A DNA stretch of 64,000 bases from Octopus sinensis (GCF_006345805.1 NC_042998.1:87792001-87856000); one strand, 5' to 3'; shown: positions 28,214-41,560, counted from the first letter of the stretch. The notes: a model not told the origin generated them from the letters alone. Made by a program: numbers and translations.

Positions 28214-29737
28214 TATGCCCCATTCATAAAGGAGGTAGCAGAGCGGAAGCCAAGAACTATAGACCTATCTCTCTGACCTCACACATCAGCAAGGTCATGG
28301 AGCGAATAGTCAGAAGGAAGCTGATCACCTTCCTTGAAGAGAATGACTTGCTGCCCGACACCCAACATGGTTTCCGACCAGGGAGAAGCTGTTTAACTCA
28401 GCTCCTACAACACTATGACTGGGTGCTGAAACGGCTGCTCAACCACGCAAATGTGGAAGTGATATATCTCGACTTTGCAAAGGCCTTTGATAAAGTCGAT
28501 CATGGAATGATATGTCACAAACTGCGTGATCTCAACATAGTTGGAAAACTGGGAGAATGGCTTCATGACTTTCTGAAGGATAGAAGTCAGGTGGTAGTAG
28601 CCAATGGGGCCACCTCCATTAACACACAAATAGTGAGCGGTGTTCCGCAGGGCACTGTTCTGGGACCACTACTGTTCATAATGGCCCTCTCAGACATGCC
28701 CTCAGCCACGCAGAGAGCCACGATCACAAGTTATGCAGATGATACAAAAGTTTCACAGGCAATACAGAACCCTGAGGACACTAAACACCTGCAATGTGAG
28801 CTGGACGAAATATACAAGTGGGCTGAAAAGAATAGCATGCAGTTCAATGCTGGAAAGTTCCAAGCTTTATACTATCAGCATGCAAAACTGAATGCAATAC
28901 CCAAGGAATACACTGGACCCGGAGGGATTGCAATCCCAGAGGCACAATCAGTGCGTGACCTGGGTATTCTCATGAGTGATGACGCGACCTTTCATGTACA
29001 TGTTGCTAAACTGACAATGAAATGTAGACGGCTGGCTGGCTGGATTCTTAGAACCTTTAGAACAAGAGAACAAGAAACCATGATGGTCCTCTGGAAGACA
29101 CTTGTTCTAAGCCACTTTGACTATTGCTCTCAGCTATGGTCACCATCCAGTGTCAAGTTGATCACAGAACTTGAGGCGATCCAACGAAGCTACACGAAGA
29201 AGATAGCCTCTATGCAGAATGTAAGCTACTGGGAAAGACTCAAGAGATTAAAATTATATTCCCTGGAGCGTAGGCGGGAAAGATATGCCATAATATACAT
29301 CTGGAAGATCCTGGAGGGAAGTGTCCTGAACTTTGGCATCGAGAGTTACGCAAATGCCAGAACTGGGCGCCACTGCGTGGTGCCTGGGACTCCAAACCTG
29401 CCATCAAGATGTAGGACAAGATTCTGTGATAGCCTGGGCTTCCGAGGCCCACAGCTCTTCAATATCCTCCCGAAGAACCTGAGAGACCTGCATGGGGTGG
29501 ATACAGATGTCTTTAAAATGAAGCTGGATCTCTTCCTGTCAGGTGTCCCAGATGAACCAACTTCACGGCAGGAGGGGCAGATGAGGGCAGCTGCATCGAA
29601 CTCTCTCATGCACCAAATAGCAGTTGCTAGAAAGCCCCCATGAAGTGAAACCAAGTAGCAACACCAAATGGCGGTGCCCCAGCATGGCCACAGCTCATAA
29701 GCTGAAACTAGAATCAATCAATCAATCAATCAATCAA
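28214..29737 (+). mobile_element. 5'-truncated CR1-group (CR1/L2/Crack-like) LINE with uninterrupted RT ORF, 3' UTR and (ATCA)n tail
   Basis: PIHKGG..NYRPISLTS, QHGFRPGRSC, YLDFAKAFDKV, GVPQGTVLGP, YADDTK, YWERLKRLKLYSLERRR; ORF 28297-29643 is open for 448 aa. Confidence 0.93.
28297..29643 (+). CDS. Reverse transcriptase (LINE ORF2 C-terminal part; the ATG is internal, not the native start)
   Basis: RT motifs as above; reading frame is also open upstream to the truncation point. Confidence 0.9.
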   Translation: MERIVRRKLITFLEENDLLPDTQHGFRPGRSCLTQLLQHYDWVLKRLLNHANVEVIYLDFAKAFDKVDHGMICHKLRDLNIVGKLGEWLHDFLKDRSQVVVANGATSINTQIVSGVPQGTVLGPLLFIMALSDMPSATQRATITSYADDTKVSQAIQNPEDTKHLQCELDEIYKWAEKNSMQFNAGKFQALYYQHAKLNAIPKEYTGPGGIAIPEAQSVRDLGILMSDDATFHVHVAKLTMKCRRLAGWILRTFRTREQETMMVLWKTLVLSHFDYCSQLWSPSSVKLITELEAIQRSYTKKIASMQNVSYWERLKRLKLYSLERRRERYAIIYIWKILEGSVLNFGIESYANARTGRHCVVPGTPNLPSRCRTRFCDSLGFRGPQLFNILPKNLRDLHGVDTDVFKMKLDLFLSGVPDEPTSRQEGQMRAAASNSLMHQIAVARKPP

Positions 29738-29940
29738 TATTTTCTACTCTAAGCACAAGGCCCGAAATGTTAGTGGTGGTGGTGGGGGGGCATTCTATTA
29801 GATCGACCCCAGTACGCAATTGGTACTTAGTTTATCGAAGCCGAAAAGATGAAAGGCTAAGTCGACATGGCGGAATTTGAACTCAGATATGATATGATAA
29901 TGATGATGATAATAATATATATATATATATGAATGTATGA

Positions 29941-30038
<98 letters not shown>

Positions 30039-30049
30039 GTGTGTGTGTC

Positions 30050-30440
30050 TTTTTTATCTTTCCCTTGTTTCCGTCAATGGACCTCGGCTGTGCTGGGACA
30101 TCGCCTTGACAGGTTTCGTCAAACAAATTAATCCCAGTACTTATTTCTTAAGGTTGCTAATTATTCTATCATTCCCTTCTGGCCGACCTGCTAACTTACG
30201 GTGACGTAAACGAACTAACACCAGGTGCCAAGTGGTGGGCAAACAGAAACATAAAGATACGCATAGATATTTACATATTTATGTGTTGGGCTTCTTCCAG
30301 TTTCCGTCAAGGAAATCTACTCGCAAGGCTTTGGTCAACCGATACTATAGAAAACGACATTTATCGAAGGTGCCACGCAGTGGGACTGAGCTTGAAACTA
30401 TGTGGTTGAGAAGCAAGTATTTTACCACACAGCCACACCA
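30050..30440 (-). mobile_element. SINE family A (diverged), preceded by a family B fragment at 29740-29886
   Basis: AAGGTGCCACGCAGTGGGACTGA..TTACCACACAGCCAC reverse head. Confidence 0.8.
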
Positions 30441-31074
30441 GCACCTTTAATAATTCTTACTCTATCGACCCTGAATGAATAAAAGGCAAAGTCAGCGGCA
30501 TTTAAAGTCAGAACGTAAAGCTGGAAAAAATTCTGATAAACATTTTATTTGATTAGCGAACGATTCCGCCAGCTAGCTTAAGATAAATTTATTCTGTGTA
30601 GTCAATGGCTTGAATGTGGGCATGGACAATAATGGTATATTAACTATAATACAAGATAAATTCTTGATTTATATGATGATCGTCTCTCAGAGAGATAGTA
30701 AACAAACGCCTTGTGTAAATTGCGATGACGCCGAAGGTGTAGGAGAGATAATTTCAAGAAACAAGAATTCTCGGCAGATTATTAAAGAAAATATAATTTT
30801 TTAAAATTTTTTGTTCCTGGAGTCAAGTGGACTAATGCAGCACGTATTTCTGTCTCAATAGATGTCGTATGCACAGCTATGGCCCTTTAGCAGATGTATG
30901 CATTAGACATATACAAAAGCAGTAGAGAACATCTATGGCCTATGATGATTTACATAATTAATTTCAAAAATGAGCCTATTGTCTGTCTGTCTCTCTTCCT
31001 CTCCCTCCCAGTCACACACTCACACACATTTCCCCCCCTCTGTATATATACATATATATGTATATGTCTGTGCA

Positions 31075-31105
<31 letters not shown>

Positions 31106-31110
31106 GCGTT

Positions 31111-31141
<31 letters not shown>

Positions 31142-31355
31142 TCTTATATACAAATGTGTGTGTTTTTGTACCTGAGTGTGTGTGTGCGTGCGTGTTTGTG
31201 TGTGTGTGTGCGCGCGCGTACACACTGACACACACGCACGCTTGCATATACATATATAATAATATTCATACACAACCATAAAACTCTCACTTCTAAGACT
31301 ATTACAGGCTGTTTCGTTTTTTACGTATACAAACTCCGAAATATAATCTCTCTCC

Positions 31356-31406
<51 letters not shown>

Positions 31407-31809
31407 TACAAGCACATACTCATGTACACAGATTGCTACCATAAAAGTATAAATATACATAAATAACAAATGGATTTCCGCTGTTTTTGACCATGAGTAT
31501 TTCAGCTCTTCGCTCATCTGAATAGCCGATTCATTCAAATGGCTGATTATTTATTAGAGAGTTGTATCCCTCGCGTTATTCTCAGATAGAACCAGTGTGA
31601 CTACGTGTCTTACAAGATCGGCTCTTTGAAGTATAACTACAGTTGATCCGAGTGGTTTCAACGCAGTTTCCGATTATTCAATTTTGTTCACAGGGCTCAA
31701 GGTTTATGACGAAATGCATGAACTCAAGAAACCAAGTAATGGGGCTGAAATGGGCATCTTATGATTACTAAACTAACTTCTTTAACACTAGATCGTGCAT
31801 ACGATCAGT

Positions 31810-32192
31810 GGAGGCGCAATGGCCCAGTGGTTAGGGCAGCGGACTCGCGGTCGGAGGATCGCGGTTTCGATTCCTAGACCGGGCGTTGTGTGTGTTTATT
31901 GAGCGAAAACACCTAAAGCTCCACGAGGCTCCGGCAGGGGGTGGTGGCGACCCCTGTTGTACTCTTTCGCCTAAACTTTCTCTCACTCCACTCTTACTTC
32001 CTGTTTCTCTTCTACCTGTATTTCAAGGGGCCGGCCTTGTCACTCTCTGTGTCACGCTGAATATCCCCAAGAACTACGTTAAGGGTGCACGTATCTGTGG
32101 AGTGCTCAGCCACTTACACGTTAATTTCACGAGCAGGCTGTTCCGTTGATTCGGATCAACCGGAACCCTCATCGTCGTAACCGACGGAGTGC
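31810..32192 (+). mobile_element. tRNA-derived SINE, family C (full length)
   Basis: GGAGGCGCAATGGCCCAGTGGTTAGGGCAGCGGACTCGCGG..GGTTTCGATTCC head; homologous to 9716-10092. Confidence 0.9.
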
Positions 32193-32370
32193 TTCCATCC
32201 CATACGATCAAATTTCTTCGATGCAGTCCTGGATGGGTTGTGAAGAAGTTAGCTTTGCAACTACGTGGTTTTCGATTCTATCCCACTGTCCTCTACTGTA
32301 ATCCCAGGCCGAACAGTGCCCTATAAGGAAATTTGGTTGAGGGAAACTGTATGGAAGCATATCGTACACA

Positions 32371-32403
<33 letters not shown>

Positions 32404-32479
32404 ACGTACGTACGTACGTACGTACGTACGTGTGTGTGTGTGTGCGTTTGTTTTATTCCCCACTTCTCCTTGAAAACAG

Positions 32480-33120
<641 letters not shown>

Positions 33121-33404
33121 GTATCTTTACCCATTTACATGTCGTTCAGCATGATCGTACACATACACACATATACAAGCATGTTTAAACACTTACACTC
33201 ATGCACAAGAATGCTAGAAATAGCACTATGTCTCCCTCAGGTCACACCATAGTAGCTTTAAAAGAGAACGGATCCTTGATTATGTTCTCCTAGGTACACT
33301 GTCTCTGAAAAACAAGGAGGATGGTCACAGCTGGAACGTTTTTGATCATATGTCTGTTCCGTCAAAGAGGCTTCGAGCATAAATATCGATCATAATTCCT
33401 TTTT

Positions 33405-33910
33405 CTACTCTCGGCATAAGGCTCAAAATTTTTGGGGAGGGTGCCAGTAGATAAGATCGACCCCAGTACGCAATTGGTACTTAATTTATCGACTCCGAAA
33501 GGATGAAAGGCAAAGTCGACCTCGGCGAAATTTGAACTCAGAATGTACAGACGAAATACCGCTATGCATTTCGCCCGGCGAGCTAGCGTTTCTGCCAGCT
33601 TGCCGCCTTAATATCGACCATAATTCCATCAAATTACAGCTAACTAGTTTTAAAAAGAAAGGACACATTGGAAACTGCTCAGAGTATATTGATATCAAAT
33701 TCATGCACAAGATCAGCAATTTCGGTGGGAGTGGGTAAGTGAATTACGTCGACCCTAGTACTCAACTGGTACTTATTTTATCAACCCCGAAAGGAAGAAA
33801 GGAAAAGTCGTCTTCAGCGGAATTTGAACTCAGAACATTAAAAAAACTGACGAAATGCCGCTAAACATTTTGTCCTGCTTGACAAATATTCTACCAGCAC
33901 GCTGCCTTAC
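33405..33910 (-). mobile_element. Two family B SINEs
   Basis: Two complete core+head matches at ~33405-33610 and ~33700-33910. Confidence 0.85.
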
Positions 33911-34699
33911 TGCTCATAATATAGTAAATGACAGAATGGTCACGACTGAAGTGCTTGCAAGCAGAGGAACTACAGTAATAACAACAGCAGCAAAGACAAA
34001 AATAACAAAAATAGACCAACTACAAAAGCAACGATAAACTATTATTCAGTCAAGCGTAACCGAATATTTTCCTGCCTTTAAAACAAAATGTCTTCCATGG
34101 TTACAACAAATAATGGGTGACCCCGACTAGATAGATTTCGATCGATGGTTTCCCAGGAGAGTCAACAATATGAATATTGACCAGAACAAAAGCTACAACC
34201 ACACCACCACCACCACAAACAACAACAACAACAACAACATTAATAGTAACAATACCAACAAATCACTGAGGCAAAGTATTTGCGTGTTTTTACATAAGCT
34301 ACAGTAGATCTGTGTTTCTCTGTATTATTTGTATATATGAGAGTGTGTGCGTGCGTGCATGTGTGTGTGTTGCGGGTGTGCGTGACTGTGTGTAAGCATG
34401 TGTATGTGTATTTACACACTGTTTATTTGTTTATGTAGTTTTGTCTCTTGTGTTTGCTTATTTATATCTGTAATTGCGTGTGAGTGGGTGGATGTAGTGT
34501 GTGTGTGTGTGGGGGGGGTAGACGGATGTATTGTTGAATGTGTGAATTGTGGGTGTTTGTGAATACGTTTGTGAATATTCCTTTCCTATCATCATCATTA
34601 CAGGATGTCCGTCGATATCGACGATGACTATCCATTTATATAAAATCACGAATAATGGTATCAAACAGCACTCACCCTCTTTCATGGGTCTCTGTCCTG

Positions 34700-35870
34700 A
34701 GCTGTTGTGGTCCATCCGTGTGTATCAATATTTAATCACCCCGTGTTGCGTATAACCAGATCCTTGTCTCTCTGCAGAGGTGTACCCTGATTTCTTGTAC
34801 CGTTAGGCAGCTGCAAATACAGCATTTATCTCAGTAACTAATTTCTCCATATTCTTTGGACATAGTCAAGCCAATGGAGGTTTCACCACCCTAATACCCA
34901 CTTCTTGGTAAAAAACTTGGCCTTTTCTATGACGCAGGTGTCCCAAATCTTGTGTTTCCAGTTGGTTTTTATTATCTATGTCAGTTATTTCCTTACGAAT
35001 GCATGATTTTTTGTTAACTGCTTACAGTATGATATCTATGCATTCGATCCGTATAAATGAGTAAATGAAAGTATTTCCCGATATATTTTGCACTTCACTT
35101 GGACCGTAATGTGCTTGTTGTTTTCTAGTTATTCCTCTTAACCTTCTGAATGCTGAACTGAGCTTGCTTACTTAGAAATCTAATTTGTAACTGAGCCCAC
35201 CATCATTATTGATTGTCTTTCACAGATAGGTTAGGTGGTTTCCTTCTCTTTACCAGCTATAACTTTTCTATAATGACGGGGTCAGATTCTACTACTTAAG
35301 TCCTTAACCCGAGTATGGCCTCAGTCTTAGCTTTGGAGTGTAACACTTTAAACACATTAGCATCAGAACTTGTTTATGTATATACACTTTCAAAACTCCT
35401 CCTCGAGCATCGCTGATAAAGTAAATATAATGACGACGCTAGCAAACTGTGCTGCTCGACTCCCACTATAAAATCGAACCATGTAGAGCTGAGATTAAAC
35501 TGCATAACCCGAGCTTTCATAAAAGTACGTTGGAATTTGATCACATGAGTAAACCTTTCTAGACAGGTCAACATTCTTAGTATCTGTTAAGACCCGACCG
35601 GTTTACTGTGTAGAATACCATCGTTAAGCCAACGCAGGCAACATCGAGTGTCTACTCCCTTTCAACATATTTCTCGTGGGTCTGACGATGACAGAACCCT
35701 ATATCCACGGTATTTCTTCCATGTCTGAACCAACTTTGAATTCTCGGTAGAGCCACTAAGATTTTCTCCATCAATCGATTGAGAATCTTGTGTCTATAGT
35801 CAGTAAGATGCCTCTCGACTGTTTTATATAGGGAAATTCCGTGATAATTTCGGAAGTCAATCCTCTCACT
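34700..35870 (-). pseudogene. Old, heavily decayed RTE (BovB-like) LINE ORF
   Basis: Minus-strand translation fragments KILNRL..QSWFRHGRNTVD, FYTVNRSGL, NKHITVQVKCKIYR, LYLQLPNGTRNQGTP..RDKD follow RTE motif order. Confidence 0.75.
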
Positions 35871-36030
35871 TAAATATGAAACGATGCAAACCCCTTCCAG
35901 GCCAGTGGGACATTAACAGCCACCCATGATTTTAACACGAACTTGTTTCCATATATTTGGGCGGCAAACCATCCACTAATACAATAAGAATAGCAACAGC
36001 GATGATAATAAAATTCCCACCACCAGCAGC

Positions 36031-36079
<49 letters not shown>

Positions 36080-36509
36080 ATTGACATTGGCACATGAACA
36101 TAAAGTCAAGTCGACTACATCGGTCGCGTAATTAAATATCACACATTACATTGACACCAGAGGGGAAAAACAAAACAATACAAAAGTCTCTAACAGAAAA
36201 TTGTAAAGAAAAATGCTAGAGCTGAAAACAACATTTGCACTCCGAGAGAGAGAAAGAGAAATTCAACTCCGGAGGATTATGGATTTGGATCACGGTAGGG
36301 AAAAGTGAAGCTTATGTCAACTTCTCAAAAACATGTCTAGTGATGTTTTATATCTTTATCACTAGATCAAAAGGAATGGCAATATTCATGACCCGTTACA
36401 AAGACCTCAGAACTGGTAGAAGTGAAAGAGGGAGACATTATTAGGAGAACGTGTCCTCAAAACCCAAAACGTATTTATAGTTTTCAAAGCTATAAATAAT
36501 GGCATGTAG

Positions 36510-36642
36510 ATATTGGGTTATAAACCCTCTTTAGATAGAAAACCCGAGCCCACACGTTCTCATGGTTATAAGAGATGCAGGTTCGAGTCCCAAGGACAGC
36601 CTTCGATGTTTTTCTATTTAAGAGAGTTTTTCAACCCAATAT
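36510..36642. repeat. MITE-like imperfect ~34-bp inverted repeat around a spacer with a B-box-like motif
   Basis: ATATTGGGTTATAAACCCTCTTTAGATAGAAAAC pairs with GTTTTTCTATTTAAGAGAGTTTTTCAACCCAATAT; spacer contains GGTTCGAGTCCC. Confidence 0.55.
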
Positions 36643-36778
36643 TCACATACTATTATTTATTGGTATTTTATATTTCAGCTTCAGAAGGATTTGAAGCCGA
36701 AACACCAAAAACTGAAACGGATTACTAGCACTCTAGGAACTGTGCAAATTCTTCACCTTTAACGGTTTCTTGCTCTTT

Positions 36779-36814
<36 letters not shown>

Positions 36815-37989
36815 TTCTTTGTCGTAAGAGAAAAAGCTAATTATATGACGTCTAACAATATTTCATGTCTTCTATGAGACAAAGAGGTCTCTGTGATCCC
36901 TACACAACGCTCTTACTTGACCCGCTACAAATGGAAGCCAATTGTTCCAGAACCATATCTTGTAAAAAAAAAGTACAGCAAAACAGATACATTAGACAAT
37001 GAACTCCTTGATATAGAATAAAAGATCGTCAAGAATTATAGGTTTGTCCTATAAACAATAACATCAACTTAATCACTAACCCCTTTTAGAATAAAAAGGT
37101 AAAGTATTCTACCGTACTCTATTACACAATCTGCAAATACAAGTGAGCAGTAAGGAACGTGGGAAGGGCCAGATGGCTGCACTTGATAATTTGCAGAATT
37201 TAAAAATTTTAAGGATGGCTATCTGCTTCTTCTTCGGGAATTCCTAAAAGTCTCGATCTTTTCAAATCTCCACGGAGTTAATGTTTGCTGCAGATATAGT
37301 TTATGATCACCGGTGAATAAATAGTATACCAACAGTAAGGACAGAACAACCCTGAAGTCAAGGTTTCGATCAAGGGTTCGATCCCATTGCGTAGCGTCTT
37401 CGGTAAACGTCATTTTCTGAAACCTAGGGTGGACGCATTCTTTGTGACTGAAACTGGGTCGACGGAAACTGTATAGAACCCCATCGGGTGGATTTTACCT
37501 GTAATTTAAAAAGGCTGCAGCTTTGTCTTTGTCATGTTTAACTCTGGCTGAGAATAACTCTAACGGTATATATGTCAGTGGAACACTTAGCTACTTACAG
37601 ATTAATTCAAGGGCAGATAATTCGGTTGGTCAAACAAATGAATCCCCACCAACGGACGACGGAGATCCTCCAGTATTGTGGGGAAACGATAACACCTGCT
37701 CGATTACCTGATTATAGTAAAAGCAATGGATAATTGATTTACAATTCAATCGGCTTCTGTCAACTGGGCACAAGACCAATTATTGTAGCAGAAGAATATA
37801 GACCAATAAATCAAATGTTATATAATGACAGGTAATAATTGCATAGACTTGAAATAGATGTGAATAAGAAGGGAAGCGAAGTCAATTTCGATATGCTTTC
37901 AAATAATAATGTGCAGAGTATAATTCTATGTAAGTCACATAGTTCATAGTTTTACCAAATTTGTCAACAGAACGAACTCTGACAACGAA

Positions 37990-38620
37990 ATGAAATTACC
38001 CAGCACTCTATATACGATCACAGATTTTCCAAAGAATGCAACCACCTACAAAACGAAGCAAAAATGCTACAATATTAAAGATATACTGAACATCCAAAGG
38101 GTACATGTAGCAACAGTCAATTTCCATAGTCTATGTCATTACATGAAAAGCTATTCACAAACAACTACCGCAGAGTCATGTACAACACCCCAGAACACTA
38201 ACACAAGAACAATACGCCATAAAAACACTATAATACCTACGAAGTTCAGACATACATAAAAATAAATGCACTTAAAGAAGTAGCTGCAAGAACAATAGCA
38301 TCGCTAGCTCCAAGTACTGTGGTGGGATTCGTACCAACAATAATATATGTTAAGAACTGCATGAGTTATTTTGACTGCGTTTATTTTGTTGCCTGCACTA
38401 AGTTCACCACTAAAATCTGCGGTCTTAAAGAAATAGGCTGAATAGTGGAGAAATTTCAGCATGACCAGGCAGTTACACCGCAACCTTTATGTTGAATCAC
38501 TGCAGTGTCCAGGATAATTTTCTGCTAGATGTTGGTTTAGTATAACTACAGAAATGGAATCTTTGTGACATGCCTCGTTCATCTACTCAGGATGACTTGA
38601 CAAGAATGACCTTGGATTAC
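37990..38620 (+). pseudogene. Possible very old non-LTR (R4/Dong-like) C-terminal remnant
   Basis: Only weak, fragmentary resemblance to RLE-LINE C-terminal motifs; multiple stops. Confidence 0.25.
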
Positions 38621-39193
38621 AAGATAACAACTATAATATCAACAATAACAACAACATGCTGTCCACCTTATAAACTATTACAATAGGATGAAATTTACAA
38701 TACAATTTCGTGCGACGCGATAAACATTAATCTTCGAAAGATTGTATTAAAATATGAACGTCCTCTCAATAGATACAGAATAATCAATGCAACGGTTTCC
38801 TTTAAAGCTTCATCTTAGATAGTCGATAAAATAAAGAACGTTTGCTTGGCATGCTTAGCAGGACTGATTAACTTGATATGTAATCTTTGCGGATTGAAAT
38901 AACAAATAGTTTAGAGGCAATTGTTTTAGTGTTTATAACTGATAACATTATCACTGTAGCACATCAAGAGATGAGTGGAAAATAAATGAGTAAAACAAAA
39001 CATGCTTAGAATAGTCTATGCAAACATTAGCTTAACTGTTATGTAAGGGAAAATATAGATTTGTGGGGACCTGTAATTAAAATTTTGAAACATTTTATAT
39101 TCTTCCTAAAGAAATTCGAAAGAAAATTAACTGCAATGCTCTCACATCGACTTCTTCCTGCTGATTGGCATCTTTCTATCTTTCTTTCTTTCA

Positions 39194-39360
<167 letters not shown>

Positions 39361-39372
39361 CGTATGTGTATG

Positions 39373-39401
<29 letters not shown>

Positions 39402-39403
<2 letters not shown>

Positions 39404-39540
39404 GTTTTAGTTGCCAATTCTGTGCAAGACATTGTAGATCTTTGGCTGGGCTAAAAAATCACATTCGATCACAGCACCAGTAACAGTTAAGCTTCGTGCA
39501 ATGGCCATACTCGATAACGAGGGGGCAGCCATAATAATGT
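39402..39540 (+). mobile_element. 3' end of an RTE (BovB-type) LINE: C-terminal C2H2 finger plus 3' UTR
   Basis: FSCQFCARHCRSLAGLKNHIRSQHQ* then GGCCATACTCGATAACGAGGGGGCAGCC and simple-repeat tail. Confidence 0.75.
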
Positions 39541-40219
39541 ATGTATGTATGTGCGTGCATGCGTGCATGCGGGCGCGCGGATGTATGTGTGTGGTAAGAA
39601 GCTTGCTTCCGCACATAGGCAGCTAGTCAACTTCTTCAACCTGAACCAGAGTGGACGTAGGCTTGTTAGCTCCGTCCAATTACAAGAAAAAAGAACAAAA
39701 ACAGAGAAGATCTTCGAGGTAGGTGATTTTGATTTATCTGAGCTGAGTGTAATTTGTTATATTGTAATTTTTTGTTAATAAATTTCGCCCAGCTCTGGGA
39801 CAATTTCGCCTACTCTCGGCGGCTGCTGTTTCTGTATATTGTGAATTTATTGTGAAAAAATAGGGGGGTGCATATCCTCACCCGAATGATTAGAACCTGT
39901 TACAGTTACTGTTGCAGTTACCGATTGCTGTAGCCAGTGTTGTGTTTGGATTTATTGGATTTATTTTACCAATTACCGGAAAAAAAGAATCATACCAAGG
40001 ACCATATCCACATTTGGCCAGGAAATTGAATTTTTGCTGTGTGAATTGTTCTTCTTTTTTCCGTCTATCTTTCCTGATTTTTTATTTCGTTTTGAACAGT
40101 TTATTTATTGGACTTTCATTGTTTTTTTTTACTGTTTTTGTTAACTTTTTGTGTAACTTTTTTTGACTTTTTCTTAGACATTTGAAATTTTCTTTGAACT
40201 TTTAAGACTTTTTTTGCAC

Positions 40220-40873
40220 ATGGCAAAAATAAACGGTGCCGCTTCTTTGGAGGGGAAGGTGGTCCCTCCCAAACAGTGGATTAAAGATCTTCAAAAGAGG
40301 ACGGTGGTACTACGGACCTATTCTAGGTCGCGAAGTGCTATCGCCCTCTTCGACAAGATTGCGATAGAGAAAGAGTTGGCAGACATCCTGCCAACTATAA
40401 AATTTATTTCACGGGGGACCAAATTTGCAACGGTCTGGTTGTTGTTTGCTACCTTCGAGGAAGCTGGCACAATCGCCAGCGAGCCCCTCAAGGGGCAAGA
40501 AATTTCGTTCCTCCCCACTTATTGTGGGAGGAAGGTGATAAAATCCTGGGTATGTGGGTTACCCCCGGGCACAGAAGCAGGATGGATTGGTGATACCATC
40601 CGGCAAGGCTTGTGGGATAGCGGGCCCAGGCTCTTAAATGTGAGAAGGACGCCAGCAGTCGACTGGGAGGGATCAAAAGCAATTTTCACCTTATGGACCC
40701 CATCGGCCGCAGGCGAAATGGTATTCCCGGACTTCCTAAAAATGGCTGGCTGCAGGTATCCAGTGATACTTGAGGGTCATCCTCCACTCACGAGTGTCAC
40801 TCGTTCCTGGAGCGAGGCCACATTAAGAAGGATTGCCCCCGGAGCCGTAAGATGGCGGGAGAGACAGTGGAAA
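40220..40873 (+). CDS. L1/Tx1-like LINE ORF1 (gag-like) fragment with a degenerate zinc knuckle; 3' end lost in (TA)n
   Basis: Open from ATG 40220 to ..YPVILEGHPP; after a frameshift reads HECHSFLERGHIKKDCP (CCHC-like); GC-rich relative to flanks. Confidence 0.6.
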
Positions 40874-40916
<43 letters not shown>

Positions 40917-40918
<2 letters not shown>

Positions 40919-41141
40919 ATTATACACTCAAAATGTGACCGCGTGTGTGCCGTTGGCGATTTTTTCTTCCGTCGTCCCTTCCTTGGATCTTTCGTTTTCC
41001 TATGTTTCTGACGAAGAGCTCCGCTCAAAACGTTAAATACTCCTTCTTTCTTTCCTTTCCTGAGCGTCGAATAACAATATAGTTGTTCCACGTCCTCGCG
41101 TTCTTGTGTTTTCTCTTTTTGTTTTCATGTTTGGATTAACT
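40917..41141 (+). mobile_element. Short hammerhead-bearing element (family A); HHR at 41003-41039 with G12A change
   Basis: GTTT-CTGACGA-A-GAGC-TCC-GCTC-AAAA-CGT-T-AAAT; body nearly identical to 4416-4561; (TA)n on both sides. Confidence 0.8.
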
Positions 41142-41142
41142 T

Positions 41143-41257
<115 letters not shown>

Positions 41258-41349
41258 CATATATATACATGTACATGTATATATATACATGTATATGAAT
41301 ATATGCATGTAAATGTATGTGTACATCTATGTATATATCTATGTGTGTG

Positions 41350-41560
41350 TGTCTTTGTTTTGTCTTTGTATTTCGCCACCGCTTGGCAAACAGTATTGGT
41401 CTGCTTACGTCTCGTAACGTAGCAGTTCGACAAAAAAGAGACGCATAAATGAAAAACCTAGCTTATAAACACAAGTTCTGAGGTCGATTTGTTCGACTAA
41501 AACCGTTCAAGGCAATGCCTCAGCATAGCTATAGTCTAATATGGTTGAAATAAGTAAAAG
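41350..41560 (+). mobile_element. SINE family A 3' half (diverged)
   Basis: GGTCGATTTGTTCGACTAAAA..CAGCATAGC tail. Confidence 0.65.

Noticed and set aside
28005-29930. SINE B fragments either side of the CR1-like LINE as a long target-site duplication
   Set aside because: The two fragments are too divergent from each other for a young insertion; they are independent copies.
31695-31736. Possible 42-nt phase 1-1 micro-exon (LKVYDEMHELKKP)
   Set aside because: Too short to distinguish from chance without RNA data.
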